DNA from: Lytechinus pictus
Lineage: Eukaryota
Reading direction: 5' to 3'
Assembly (NCBI RefSeq): GCF_037042905.1
Contig: NC_087259.1
Coordinates: 22,506,001-22,570,000 of the forward strand
Length of the DNA: 64,000 nucleotides
A program made the position numbers and the translations under genes. Under the pieces are notes generated by a model. The model searched no databases. It worked only from the letters and a program-made list of their open reading frames with translations, and was not told the DNA's origin. Positions 27,601 to 39,446 of the stretch are shown here, piece after piece (within the stretch, counting starts at the first letter, position 1; every line of letters begins with the position of its first letter).

Positions 27601-30600
27601 AGGGGGGGGGGTGGGTATCCTACCCCTCCCCCCCCCCCCCCCCCCCCCCGAGATCAGGATGACAATCATTGTTAATACTACTATATTCATAAACAAAATT
27701 GAATGAATAATTCTTCTTATTCATTTAAAGTAAAAACATTTTTGATTTACGTATTTTGCCTAGAAACATAATTTGTAGTGAATTGCACACTAAATCTTTG
27801 TAAATAATCCCTGGGCGATGCAATTATGGTATTAAATGTTACCCAAGAAACTTTAGAAAATAGTTAGGAAACACTGCAGCAAATTATTTTGAATTCAATT
27901 GGGATTTATCAAACAAATCCAATTTACAATTAAACAATGTCATTGCGATTTCAATTTTGATGCCTCTGCAACACTTCCTGATGCCAAATATCCCACATCT
28001 TTAGACACAAGTAATCATCCTGGCTTTGTTGCACCATGTCCGTACAAGAATTCTGAATGTTTCTTGCATGGATGTATCTATACTTACCTGATCTCATCCC
28101 TTGCATCCTGTAAGTCTTCCTCCAGTGACGTAGCCCTCTCAAGAAGCTCTTCCCTCTCACGATCACAGTGTTCTAGACTACCCCTCAGGTGCTCTTCAGA
28201 AGCTGCTAGCTGCATTCACAAGTTAGAGAGAAATCAATTTGAAATTACCCTACAGTGTTAAAGTTGGTGATAGCACAATGATGTGATAATTGAATTTAAG
28301 CAATTATTGTCATGAACATACTAAAAGCCCTTACTGTCATGTACACAAAAACATCTGGGGTCAATGCCACAACAACATTATTAGAGTTTAACCCCTTTTT
28401 CACAAAGTATACAATCACTAATCAGTGATCAAATTTATCATCCGATTGATTTTCATTGTTTTGCCTATTATTTTTCTAACTAAAGAATGGCATGGTAGAA
28501 CAAATCCATGACATGAAAAGGGGGGAAAACGACCGACCCATTTTCTTTTAACCTCTGTTATAGTAAACAAACATTTTTCTCTCAAAAGGAATTTGGCCCT
28601 CAATATGATGACATGGTTGCTTTAGGGACATTTTACCATTCTTGCTATATTCTTATTGTACCAAGTGATAAATTCAATTTCAATTTCAATTTATTTGCTC
28701 ATAAATATCCATACAAAAACATACATATACAAAGTATCATATTCACAAAATAGAAAAAACAACAACAAATAGAAATAAACATTGGATTGAATATGAGAGG
28801 GACAGCAAGAAAGGAACAAGCCTTGTGATTAGCTGACCCTATAACATAATAATTATACAAAGACTTCAATAACAAAGATAGACAAAAATCACTAAACTAC
28901 AACGAAGGGGGGGGGGGTGCCTATAATGCCTGTCTATGAATGAAATTTATACAAACAAACTTTATGAATTACTATTTAAAATAAATTGCCTTGATTTTGA
29001 CTTTAAAACATTTAATGAAACTGATTACTTGATGTCTACAGAAACAGAATTCCAGAGTTGTGGTCCTTGAAATAAAATTGAGTTTTTAAAAGATGAGAGT
29101 CTTGGCTTAGGTAGATGGAATCCTTTGCATTTCTTGTGTTGTATCCATGGAAATCACTATTGAAATTACAAATAGATATGAAATTGAATACCATTCTTAG
29201 TTGATCCTGAGTGTCGAATCTGTAATTATCAAGCTGTTCATTCAATTCTTCTAGTTTTCTTGCAGTTTCATCTCTCTGCATTTCCATCCTGAGGGAGGAA
29301 GGGAGAAGAAAATGGAAAAGAAAAGGCAAATTTTGTACATTCAGACCAAATTCTACACACTTGTTCATTCCTAAATAAAAACAAAAGGGTATTTCTTCAA
29401 ATAGCATGCTTTTATAAGGTGCATTCAGTCAAAGTTAATGGTAGAAAAAATATTTGCAATAGATTCCAAAAAAGCTAATTGCAAATTTGCATTGACTTAA
29501 ACTTTAACAAATCCATTCATACAACCTGGTGCGAGAAGCAGGCCACAAAATCTTTGCAAGACATGATTATTTGTGACATAAAAGGATTGCAAATGTCTTT
29601 AGTGTACCTAATAGTTACTCCCCTTGAACGCCAGTGAAGGTACATGTACCCCACCCCCTTATTTGTCTTTGAGAACCCCTCTCCAACTTTAAGCTCACCT
29701 GTCTCTCAATTTTTGTTCTTCTTGAAGCTCTGAGCGCATCTTCTTCACTTCTTGACGATGACTCTGAATGAGAGACTCCTTGTCTGATAGCTGCCTCCCA
29801 CTCTCATCAAGGCTCTTCTCTGCTATCCTGAAAAAGAAAAAGATCTCCATACTGAAGTTTCTTCATATTTGGTGTTCAAAGAGAGAGAGAAAAAACAATC
29901 ATTGAAATATCAACCCTCCCCCTTCTACCTACCTCCCCATTTTTCCATACCTGGCAACCCTGGAACTAAACAAAGTGAGACAAATGGAAACATTCCATAG
30001 TTTACTCCAATAGTACAGACAATTTGTTTATATAAATATGGACAAAGGGGAGGAAGTGGCTCTCTCATTCACAAATTCTGGAGTTTAACAGGGAGAGTTG
30101 ACAGGTATGGTTCCCCAAAGTACTTTACAGTAATACATTCATTAGGTTTCTGGACTCTCTCTTTCTCTATCTCTCATTCTCTCATTCTGTCCTCTCTAAG
30201 CTCTGTCTCAAGAAAAGATCCATACTTTAAACTATCCTTTCATTCAGTCTCTCTCACTTCTCAAATCCCAAATTCATTGTTTCTCTTATCTCAGTGTAGA
30301 CCAATAGATAGACCTCGAGCTCTGTCGCAGAGATGAATACTTCCTATTTAATGTTTCTTCATCTCTCACTCCCTGCACAAATCCATCTATCTTTCTCTTT
30401 CACTTCCTCCTTTGTTCTTCCTCTCCATCTCTCACCTGAGTGCTGACCCATTAACCTTGAGCTCTGTCTTGAGTGATTCACATTTCTTCCTGAGGCTTGC
30501 AATGGATGATCTACTTCCATCAATCTCAATGCCTAGCATCTTCAGCTTTAATAATAGAATATAAAACAAATAATGATGAATAATGACATTTAAATAAAGG

Positions 30601-33600
30601 TATTTTATTTGATATGCTTTATTTCATAATGTAATCAAAATAAATGATTTTCAGGGTTTACATTTTTGCAATTTACCAAACAGTAATTTTTGGATTGAAC
30701 CCCTCGAAGTACTTTTGGCACATCATATTTCATTCACGACTTTACAAACAGCTTTATGAAACACCCCCTTCCTCAAATCCCAAGAATTCTTGTTATCGTA
30801 CCTGTCCTTTAGTTAGTCTGAGTTCATACTGGGAGCTTTCTATCTGGTTCTGCAGACTGTGGTTCTCTCCCACCAGGTTGCTGTTCTCCTCCCGCAGTGC
30901 CTTGAGCTTCTTGCGAAGATGGCGGTTCTCTGCAGTGTCTGGATCAAGAGCAGTTCCATCCAGTAGAGAAGAGGTGGAGGAATGGGCTGAAAGGTCCTGG
31001 CCACTTTCATACTGATTTGAGAAAAGATTTTTTTTTAATTAAATATGCAGATGATTAATATTGTATTATGCATGTACATGTATGTAACAAATATCTCATA
31101 TCCATCAAGCATTCAAATGATCACTTCTTTGCTGATGAATTACACGTTCTAACACTCATAACATTCAAATAAATTCCTCATTTCATCTACATGTACAAAG
31201 AAATCTATTAAAAGTCACTTTCCAGATCACAAAATGAGAGGGCATTTTTGCAGAAACTTTCCATGTTCCTGGCCTGAGGTCCGGTCCGTTCTAAACAGAG
31301 TTCTGATCAAACACAGCTCAAAAACTCTAACGCAACTTCAATTTTAATCAATGGAATGTGCATATCAGGGTCTTGCGCTTGTTTTTTTCTTTTGTAGTTG
31401 CATCTAAACGCATCTCTTTCTGCAATTGGCCCCTTGTCTAGAAATTCGCTATTATTTCAGTAAACAGAGTTATATGTTTTCAAAGCCAGAACCAGTAATA
31501 ATACTAACTAGAATAATTAGAACTATAAAATGCTTCTCAACACTGACAATATTTCACATTTAAAACCAACCTTTGATTTCCTGCTCTGCTTAGAGGTGGA
31601 GACATGGGATACTCTAGAACTCTTTCTGCTGTATTCACTCTGCTCTGACCTCAGGGACGTCGATGAGGTCACACGGTCAGGGGTCAGGTCATCAAGGGTC
31701 AACGCTGGTAACTGCTCATCTTCTTCTGGAACCACATCATACTCAAAGTCATCCAAGTACCTGATTAAAAAGAAGAAAAAGGGTAAGAATTGGAAATGTG
31801 AAATATGCACAATTAAAATCCTTGCAGTACATGAGCTTTGAATGGTAATTCAATCAATTAATTTCACATTTCTTAAAATGTCAGAGCCAAGGCCCCTTTG
31901 CATTATTATGGTAAACTTTGCAATCCAATGGTAACTACAATGGTAACAATTATCAAACAGCCACTCAAAATCAAGGATTCCTTGCAAGTTATGATTTCAT
32001 GGCAAAGTTACCATAATGGTAACTTTTAGGCCTGGGACGAATACCCTTTTTGCCATTCGATTGTTCGCCAGAGTAAACAATCGATTAGTTTGATTAATCG
32101 AGATTCCTGGAATATCAGAAATCACACACACAAAAGTTGACCTACTTCCATGACCTACCGGTAGCCGAGCTAACTGGTATGATGGGAGTGGAACTTGGAA
32201 TAAATGCATTGTATGTACATACAAGGAACATGTACTTGCTCTGTTTTGTCATTTATCCCGCCCTCACTGCACACAATGAACGAATAGCAAAGGAGATTGA
32301 GAACTGTGCGTGACCGCTATATGGTGCATGGATGTGTTGTATGTATTAGCTATGCTTGCACTTGCTCTGGTATGTCATAAATCCCGCCCATGAGTGCACA
32401 CAATGGACGAATAACAAGGAGTTTGAGAACTATGTGCGTGACCTCTAGAATGCATGGATGTGTTGTATGTATGTATTGCGTACGTTAGTACTTGCGCTGA
32501 TATGAACATACATGTAGGTCCCGCCCATGAGCCCATTCCAAGAACGAATAGCAAAGGAGATTGAGAACTGCGCGTGACTGGGATGGATGTGCTGTATGTC
32601 TTACGTATGTTAGTACTTGTGCTGGTGCGAACGTAGATCCCGCCCACGGTCCCACTCAAAGAACAAATAGCAAAGGATATTGAGAACTGCGCGTGACTGA
32701 TTAATGGATGTGTTGTATGTATTGTATACTATTACTTATGTTAGACTTGCGCTGATACGAACTTAGATCCCGCCCACAAGCCCACTCAAAGGACGAAATA
32801 GCAAAGGAGATTGAGAACTGCACGTGTCTGGGAATTGATGTCCTGTGCATGTACATGTATCGTATTGCGTACGTAATCTACATAATAATCATGTTCATGA
32901 TTGCGCTGACTTTTATCATAAATCCCACCCATAAGCCCAATCAAAGAAACAATAGGAAAGGAAAATGAGAAATATGCCCGTGCCTGGAAATGGATGTGCT
33001 GTGTATTGCATTTCGTACTTGTGCTGACATCCCGCCCATAGGGTGGGAATTGGTGGGAATGGATGTGCAGTATTTGTAGTGCTTTTGCACCGAATTTGTC
33101 ATTGGGAAACCCCCTCACTAGGCCCTACCCATCATAATATAGCAAGTTCGATACTGAGGTGTGGCTTCTCATGACTGATTCAGAGGATTCGCGTACAAGT
33201 TAACTATTATGACAATATGGGCGTATTCGTTAAGCGCTTTTGGAATGATTATTGGGCGTGGCTGTAATCACATACAATGTATAATGAGCAAACTGAGCTC
33301 ATCCGACTCAGTGCGTCCAGCACAGCGCCTATAGAGACGTACGTGCACATCAGCCCAACACATCTGAATTGTGCGCGGTCGCCGCGGCTTAGTCGTCATT
33401 GTGTGTCATGAAAGAGATACAATCTTTGGAATTTGTTAATTTTAGCATAATTTTCATTTGATATCTTGCACTTTGTTTTCAAAAATCTAAGTTTACAGTC
33501 ATGTACTTTTGATAATCAAATGTTTCAAATCAGTAATCATCATCTGGCGAACATTCGATTAGTGTAAAAAGTAACATTCGAGTGCCGATTGTTGGCAAAC

Positions 33601-34136
33601 TGATCGAATGCTTCGATGGATCAAATTTTACTCCCAGGGCTAGTAACTTTTATGCAACCTGCGCGCCAATTTTCGGTGCGATCGCGCGGCCAACGGCCGA
33701 GATCTCAGGGGGGGCCTGGGAGGCCCCCCCCCCCCCTGCCATATGAACTCCTAAAATACCCCGGCCTAGATAGGGTTAAAACTCTCAAAGCTCTTACTTG
33801 ATTGCAAATAACAAATACAAAAAAGTTTTCACACATCTTATTCTTAGTTTAACAATTATCTGTGCACTTTGACTTTTCAAGTACATGTACATGTAGGGAT
33901 GGACACTTATGTGATTATTTGCTGTCATCTAGATGTTGAGCATGGAAAAGTCCATTTGTTTTTACAATTTTTTAGAGCAAGGAATTATTCATTTTGGTAA
34001 GTTTCCTCAGGTCTTACCTATGATCCCGCCTTGGTGTTTGAAGAAGTTGTAAGTTTTGTTCAGTTCGGATGAGCTTCCGGCGCAGTTCTGCCACATTCTT
34101 CAGCAACAAATCCTCATCACTACTTGTTTGGGCCAT
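6690..34136 (-). CDS. CCDC18: Coiled-coil domain-containing protein 18-like (centriolar-satellite-type coiled-coil protein), 28 coding exons, about 1733 aa
   Basis: Exons read by hand with GT/AG ends and matching phases, in 5'->3' gene order: 34018-34136, 31571-31760, 30802-31011, 30436-30545, 29699-29827, 29192-29288, 28088-28209, 27223-27481, 26562-26683, 23984-24144, 22945-23165, 22144-22284, 21077-21187, 20532-20666, 19453-19647, 18394-18561, 17645-17787, 17062-17225, 16350-16563, 15205-15304, 13789-13905, 12730-12873, 11890-12042, 11080-11268, 10105-10317, 8106-9123, 7696-7822, 6690-6819 (5202 nt, ending TAA). An in-frame TGA lies just upstream of the ATG. Peptides LLKNVAELRRKLIRTEQNLQLL, LRKKLKALREENSNLVGENHSL, DLALRTSQRELLQRSAQV, LAEEVGA and ESEIARLKAKLSGYERA resemble vertebrate CCDC18 as I recall it; BLAST is needed to confirm. 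Confidence 0.85.
9225..9487 (+). mobile_element. 3' fragment of an RTE-clade LINE
   Basis: Translation RKLSKYSHWIRR..KMTVEGEADGKAKPGWRKTGWIDNIRNWT resembles the RTE ORF C-terminal pattern (RKL..GH..RR..EG..EGKR.RGR....W.DNI..W). A degenerate (AGT)n tail follows. Confidence 0.65.
15405..15678 (-). mobile_element. tRNA-derived SINE (Meta-domain-like core, L2-like tail)
   Basis: On the minus strand: A box TGGCTCAGTGG, B box GGTTCAAATCC, core CCTTTGGCAAGGC..GACCCAGGTGTAGTAAATGGGTACC, tail AGCGCTATATAAATG..(TTA)n. Confidence 0.85.
18593..18628. repeat. (TATC)n microsatellite
   Basis: Directly visible tetranucleotide repeat. Confidence 0.8.
21291..21598. mobile_element. Short MITE
   Basis: TIRs GGCCCATATTCTGAAG / CTTCAGAATACGGGCC. 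Confidence 0.65.
23497..23675. mobile_element. Short palindromic MITE (relatives at about 45413-45566, 58063-58228, 48160-48385 and 54150-54383)
   Basis: TIRs GGTGGGTGTTTCATAAAGC / GCTTTATGAAACACCCACC; several dispersed copies in the window. Confidence 0.7.
24279..25926 (-). mobile_element. Helentron-associated (HINE/DINE-like) element with internal ~125-bp tandem repeats
   Basis: Ends AACAAGTGGAATGCC..GTCTCACCTGCAT and GTCTCGC..GCGAGACAAAAA, a (GCC)n microsatellite, and TGACCTTTGACCTTGGTCATGTGACCTGAAACTC units. Interrupted by a piggyBac-like MITE. Confidence 0.7.
25045..25807. mobile_element. piggyBac-like MITE nested in the HINE-like element
   Basis: TTAA TSDs (25041-25044, 25808-25811) and CCCTAA..TTAGGG termini. 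Related fragments at about 1505-1700, 33660-33778, 47370-47753, 53220-53752 and 50940-51203. Confidence 0.8.
26300..26515 (+). mobile_element. Decayed tRNA-derived SINE
   Basis: A-box-like TGGTTTAATAGTTAGA and B-box-like GTTGAATCCC, followed by a GATAAGACGTAAAA motif; it does not fold as an intact tRNA. Confidence 0.5.
28671..29180 (-). mobile_element. 3' fragment of a CR1/L2-type LINE
   Basis: Frameshifted minus-strand translation HGYNTR...S.L.QGPQLWNSV...IK.S.S is typical of CR1/L2 ORF2 C-termini. An (AAATTG)n tail lies at 28671-28692. Confidence 0.6.
32027..33642. mobile_element. Non-autonomous hAT element carrying an internal ~125-135-bp tandem array
   Basis: TIRs TAGGCCTGGGA / TCCCAGGGCTA and an 8-bp TSD GTAACTTT (32019-32026, 33643-33650). 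About 6 units of GCAAAGGAGATTGAGAACT..ATCCCGCCCA at about 32260-33050. Confidence 0.8.
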
Positions 34137-34207
34137 GGTGCTACATCAATGATAGATCAGCTGGAATCCATTCTTCTTCATCCATCTTAAAAAAGAACAA
34201 AAGAAAA

Positions 34208-35126
34208 AACAAGTGGAACACCTCTGGCAGTCTCAGTCGCTTGCATTACGCAATTCGATATAGCAGCAGTGCTGCCTTTGAAATCAGCTAATGAATAATT
34301 ATTCACAGAAGAAAACAATATGATAATAAATTAGTATGTCCATTCACCCAAAATGACCTTTGACCAAGATCATGTGACCCAAGACATGTGCAAAACAATC
34401 ATTCATACTTGATTACCCTTATGTCAATGTTTCATGAGCTAGATCCATAAACTTTCTAAGTTATGATGCCAATTCAAGTATACTCCTAACATGGCCAAAG
34501 TTCATTGACCTTTAAATGACCTTTGAGCTTGGCCATGTCCCTGAAACGCGCACAGAACTATTCAGGGATACATTGCTGCTCTTAGACTTATGTCATGAAC
34601 TAGAACCATAAAGTTTCAAAGTTATGATGACAATTCCACAAATACCCCAAAATGGTCTCAGTTTGTTGACCCTATGTGACGTTTGACCTTGGTCATGTGA
34701 CCTGAAACTCGGGCAGGATGTTAAGTGATACACTATTACCCTTATGTCTAAGTTTTATGAACCAGGTCCATATACTTTCCAAATTACAATTCCACAAATA
34801 GCCCAAAATGGTCCTAAGGTCCTACTTTCCAAGTTATGACATTTCAAAAACTTAACCTTGGTCAAAATTTTAATATTGATTCCCCCAACATGGTCTTAGT
34901 TCACTGACCCTAAATGACCTTTGACGGGCTTGACCTTAGTCATGTGACCTGAAACTCAGGCAGGATGTTCAGTAACACTTGACTACCCGTATGTCCAACT
35001 TTCATATACACTAGGTCCATATACTTTGTAAGTTATGACGATATTTCAAAAACTCAACCTTGGTTAAAATTTCAATGTTGACGACACCGCCGCAGGAAAA
35101 GCGGCGCCTATAGTCCAGGCGAGACG
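34208..35126 (-). mobile_element. HINE/DINE-like tandem-repeat element (same family as 24279)
   Basis: Same termini and internal units. Confidence 0.7.
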
Positions 35127-35195
35127 AAAGGAAGAAAGTTTAAACTTCAACTTCAAGCAAACAAAAAAAATTCAATCATCTAACAAAAATCTTAA

Positions 35196-35789
35196 AGGGG
35201 AATCCAGCCTTGGCCATAAAATGTTGTGTTGGGAAGGAGAAAAATAAATTAAACAGAATGGTGAAAGTTTGAAAGAAATCGGACAAGCAATAAGAAAGTT
35301 ATAGCTGCTTTGAAATTGAGATCAGTAATACTATGTAGATTTCAAATTGGCAACTGAGTGAGTAAATTATGACAAGGGGCAAGGACAACTTTCCCATAGG
35401 CCATGTTCTTTATTATCAGGGATTTGTGGTTTTCTCCTAAGTACCCATTCCCCTGGGGCAGTAATCTAAATATAACCCAGGTAGTATATTGTTTTATGTC
35501 CTCATGAAAGAAAAATATAATTTGAAATAAAACTTTTGGGAAAAATGACATTTTAGCCAAAATATGTATTGGAGTACATGGAAGAGTAGTCCTTGCCTTA
35601 CATCACTATGACATCCCATATGCGGCCAATTTGAAGTCTCCATGGGTATAGTGATTACCAATATTTACAACTTTAAAAATTCATAACTTTCTTGTTATTT
35701 GTCCAATATTGTTCAAACTTTCACCTATCAACTTGTCTGATTTTTCTTTTCCCTATAAAAACAAGTTTTTATTTGGGTTGGATTCCCCT
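35196..35789. mobile_element. Kolobok-like MITE
   Basis: TTAA on both flanks; TIRs AGGGGAATCCA / TGGATTCCCCT. Confidence 0.75.
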
Positions 35790-36319
35790 TTAATGATATT
35801 TAGGGGTTTTTAAATATATTTTAAAAATTGCCAAACCCCGGATTGCCGGACCCGAACCCCGCCGAAAAACAGTTGTTCATACCAAGAAATCCGATAGGAA
35901 ACGGCTTAACATTAACAACAAATATCCGTCGTCATACTCGTCAATCATCGAATCGTGAGCCGGAGCTCGCAGTGGAACAGTGAGACGATCATTTAGCATG
36001 TTGGCATCATACTAGAACTGATTTGGAAGAGTCAAAATATTTTGCGACCGCGACAAGAAGAATCGGCCGTAAACTTAGTGTATCGCGGGTGGTCGGTTTT
36101 AAAAGAAGGGTCGTTGTATTTGTTGTTCGCCGATAAGGCGATATATACGCGAATTGAATCGGAATCTTATTCTTAACCCACCGAATTGAATCAGGCATGG
36201 GAATCTGATTCTGATAGTGATATGCTCAATTTTATTTTCTGCACAAAATATGAGACGAAAACTAGGTAAAAGTCACTAAAACTAATATTTTTAATAAATA
36301 TTTTCACAGATCTATATGA

Positions 36320-36853
36320 TGGGGGGACCTAAAGCTACGCACTTTGTTTTCAAACAATAAAAACTATCCCAATTCTAATATTTAAACAAACCATCTTTCA
36401 CTAATTTGTGGCAAACATTCTAAAGATCGTTAACCAAGAAGAAAATATCGCAAAACTCACTAATACGAAAATCCCGCCGTGTTTTCCGAACACCTCTTGA
36501 TTTCGCCGCCCGATGTAGAAGGGGTCCTAAACTAAGCTACGCACTCGATTTATCATGCAAAAAAATAGTATTTCCTGTGCCTCAATTTCTAAAATATATT
36601 CAAATTATTATAGGATAAATGAAATTAAAGCGAATATAACTCAAAAATTCCAAACATTTGTTGGTTTTCTCTGCATTTAGAATTAGAGATTTACTGCAGC
36701 CTCTGTAAATAAAATTGAATAGGAATCGTTCGTCACTCTGCAGTCACAGTTCCACACACAGAGTGCGCATTTGCCAAAAAAAAATGCATGCGCGATATGG
36801 CGATGAGTGGTGCGTAGCTTTAGGACCTGCGCAGCTTTAGGACCCCGGCCCTA
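36320..36853. mobile_element. Partial MITE with subterminal GTCCTAAAGCTACGCAC repeats
   Basis: The motif is direct at about 36325 and 36523 and inverted at 36810-36845; the left terminus is unclear. Confidence 0.5.
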
Positions 36854-37031
36854 CCATACAAAATATTACAATGCTATTAAAGTCATTACTAATTAGCTAA
36901 ATAATTAGGTGATTGAAGGGGTACAGGTAGTTCCAACCATATTGACACAGACAGGGCAGGCCGAGCTGCTTACGTGAGCTCCGCCGCCTTGCGTGGGCGT
37001 GGTGGACAGACCTCCCTCCAGCCCAGAATTA

Positions 37032-37679
37032 CCGTATGGGTACTAGTATTCAACCCGGCATAATTCAAAGATTTTGACATATTCCCCAAAATATTTAGAA
37101 ATAGGGAATTTATCTTAATTTCACACCTTTGTTATTTCCAGGGTAATCTGTTGTCGATATTTTCTTTGTCAATCTGTCGACAGTATGCGCGGAGGATCGA
37201 ATTATGCGGCGATGGCCTTTTGCACTGAATGGTACTAGTATTCAACCTAGTGAGGATTGATAGCAAATCTCAAAAGGGTTTAGATTGCTAAATTAGATCT
37301 AGATCTATGTTAATGTAAATCTCTGGCTTTGATTAATTCCCTGTTTGGTCTCGCCTCAAATGGTCTAGGCTAGTGGCATAGTCGGATGGGACAAGGGCAG
37401 ATTGAGAGATAGATATAGGGCCATCTTTCATCGCTAGGTTGAATACTAGTGCCGACGGGTTGAATACTAGTACCAAAATCCGTCGCCGTATAATTTGATC
37501 GCCCGCGCACACAGTCAACTGGTTAAAGAAAAAAATAACGGAAAAAGAATAACCAGCATTTGCTCTTGGAAATAAGACGGGTCTGAAATTCAGGTAAATT
37601 CTATATTTCTATAAAGACTATATATTTGAGGAAACTCTCCAAACGGGTTGAATACTAACTAAAACTAGTGCCCTTACGG
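37032..37679. mobile_element. Tc1/mariner(pogo)-type MITE
   Basis: TA flanks; TIRs CCGTATGGGTACTAGT / ACTAGTGCCCTTACGG; internal TACTAGTATTCAACC repeats in both orientations. Confidence 0.7.
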
Positions 37680-37763
37680 TATGCGCTGGGCCCGGGCCGT
37701 GTCAACATCAACTACCCACTTTCCACCCGCTGCTCTCCCGCACCGCCATCATGATCATGGCAT

Positions 37764-38188
37764 CAGTAGAGGCGCACGGCCAATATGGGAGACTGTCTCC
37801 CCAGTGCTCCCATGAGAGAGATTATCTCCAAATCCAATTAATAAAGAATTTGGGTAACCAATTTCAGAGACAGTCTCCAGTTTGGGAGACCAATTTCCTT
37901 TGTTTACATTTGCTGCAAAAGGATTACCTTGGCGTCAAATAAAATTTAAAAATGTGATAAGCAGATTCCTCATGAAAAATTACCCCTTTTCACCGTCTAC
38001 TTTTGTTTTGATATTATTATGATTTTTGTTGTCATCCACACACAAAACAAATGGGCTTCTGACCTCAGTGAGACAAAATTTTGGGTGGAAAAAATTACAC
38101 TTTTGTTGGTGTTGTTTCTTTTGTTCTTTTGCAAAGCAAGTCTCCCCTATTGGAGAGAGTCTCCCATATTGGCCGTGCGCCTCTACTG
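37764..38188. mobile_element. MITE with perfect 31-bp TIRs
   Basis: CAGTAGAGGCGCACGGCCAATATGGGAGACT and its exact reverse complement; imperfect 5-bp flanks GGCAT/GCCAT. Confidence 0.8.
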
Positions 38189-38487
38189 GCCATCGGCCCA
38201 TGCGCCTGCGGCGCTGCGCCTGCCGGGCCGAGGTACCGGTACCGTACCGGGCGGAAGTCTAGCCGCGCCGGTCATCAGCTGAGCTGAGCCCTAGGCCTAG
38301 CCTAACTAAGGCAGCCTAGTAATACTAACAGTAACAGTAACAACACCGTTGGCGTTGCGTTGGGTTAGATACTTAGTTAGATTTAGATTAGGGCTCTTTC
38401 ACGTTGTCATGATTACACACAATAAGTGTATGTACGGTACTCCATTTACAGCCCATACAAAACGCTCGAAAATGAACTTAAGATTAC

Positions 38488-38610
38488 CCATACGCCACAT
38501 TTGGCTTGCTTTAAAGGACTTCGGCTTGAATTGCATCTGTTCATGCTTTGAACGCGCTTTGAACTTGATTTAGTACTTCACTTCGTCTGAGCCGCCATTT
38601 TGACATTCTA
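38488..38610 (-). other. Probable non-coding first exon of the CCDC18-like gene
   Basis: YY1-type motif CAAAATGGCGGC on the minus strand (38591-38602), typical of positions just downstream of a TSS. Candidate donor GG|GTAATC at 38487. CpG-rich, CTAG-rich sequence follows in the presumed intron 1. The 5' end is approximate. Confidence 0.45.
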
Positions 38611-38840
38611 ATTTAGAGATTGTTGATTGGCTAGAAGTGACGTGGAGTATTGTGTCATATTAATGAAGAGCAGATTATATATAATCAATTATTTTAAATT
38701 GATTTGATGAGTTTTTATTGTAAAAATATATTTAATATTATTCTAGTATTATTAAAAAAATAATTATTGAAGTGAGAAGGATTCTTAATCAATAAATGTA
38801 GTAATAAAATTTAAATACCTTGATACGGCCTTTTCCCCTC
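38590..38840. promoter_or_regulatory. Putative bidirectional promoter between CCDC18-like and RPL5
   Basis: YY1 motif (38591-38602), ATTGG/CCAAT box (38626-38630), TGACGT CRE-like site (38638-38643), and a TCT/5'TOP-like initiator cCTTTTCCCCTC (C+1 about 38830) facing RPL5. Confidence 0.5.
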
Positions 38841-38905
38841 GAAGATCAGCCCTTAGCCGATGCTATCGAAAAAGACCCTGGAATCAGGGCAATATTTCAA
38901 TAATG
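38830..38905 (+). other. RPL5: Candidate RPL5 exon 1 (5'TOP UTR plus ATG only)
   Basis: Begins with a polypyrimidine tract and ends aataATG|gtaatt (ATG 38903-38905). Exon 2 starts at codon 2 (GFVKVV), so an ATG-only first exon is required, as in vertebrate RPL5. A weak out-of-frame upstream ATG at 38860 and a 6 kb first intron lower the confidence. Confidence 0.45.
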
Positions 38906-39446
38906 GTAATTTAGTTAGATGCAAACTGTAGTATTCATATGAATCAAAATTTAATGAAATATATGAATAGCCTGTCTTGACTTGGTGATTGCAGTATTAA
39001 AGACGTGATATTACTCGATTTTAATGCGCTTGTCTCCATGTAATATCCGTATGTGCCACACGTTTTCTGTACAAGTTGATGGAGAGTGTGGTAGTGCGAT
39101 TCGCACTGCCAGTCTTTGATAATGATATAGGCCTCCCGTAATTTGCGTAGGATTATTGTTTTATCGAGCACGATCATTAGCTATATCTAGCATGTGTTGT
39201 CTGCGTGTATGACATGTCATTAATTACTGACCTTACATTCTACTTCGTTTTTCTAAATTAGTGACCCATTTCTGAATGGGTGACATGCAGAAATTAGCAA
39301 TTGTTAATTAATTGTCGTTGAGGGCGCCCATCACAAGCTGGCCTTTGAGGTCATGTAGTGAATTCTTTCATTTCAATTGCAAAGCAATACTAGAGTCTTG
39401 TAGAGACTTGCTTTGGCCTCTTAAGTCTTAATCAGTTATTAGTTAA

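Noticed and set aside
37574-37586. AAGACGGGT-CTGA resembling the SNORD21 guide plus box D
   Set aside because: The match is short, no box C lies upstream, and it sits inside a MITE on the strand opposite to the host intron.
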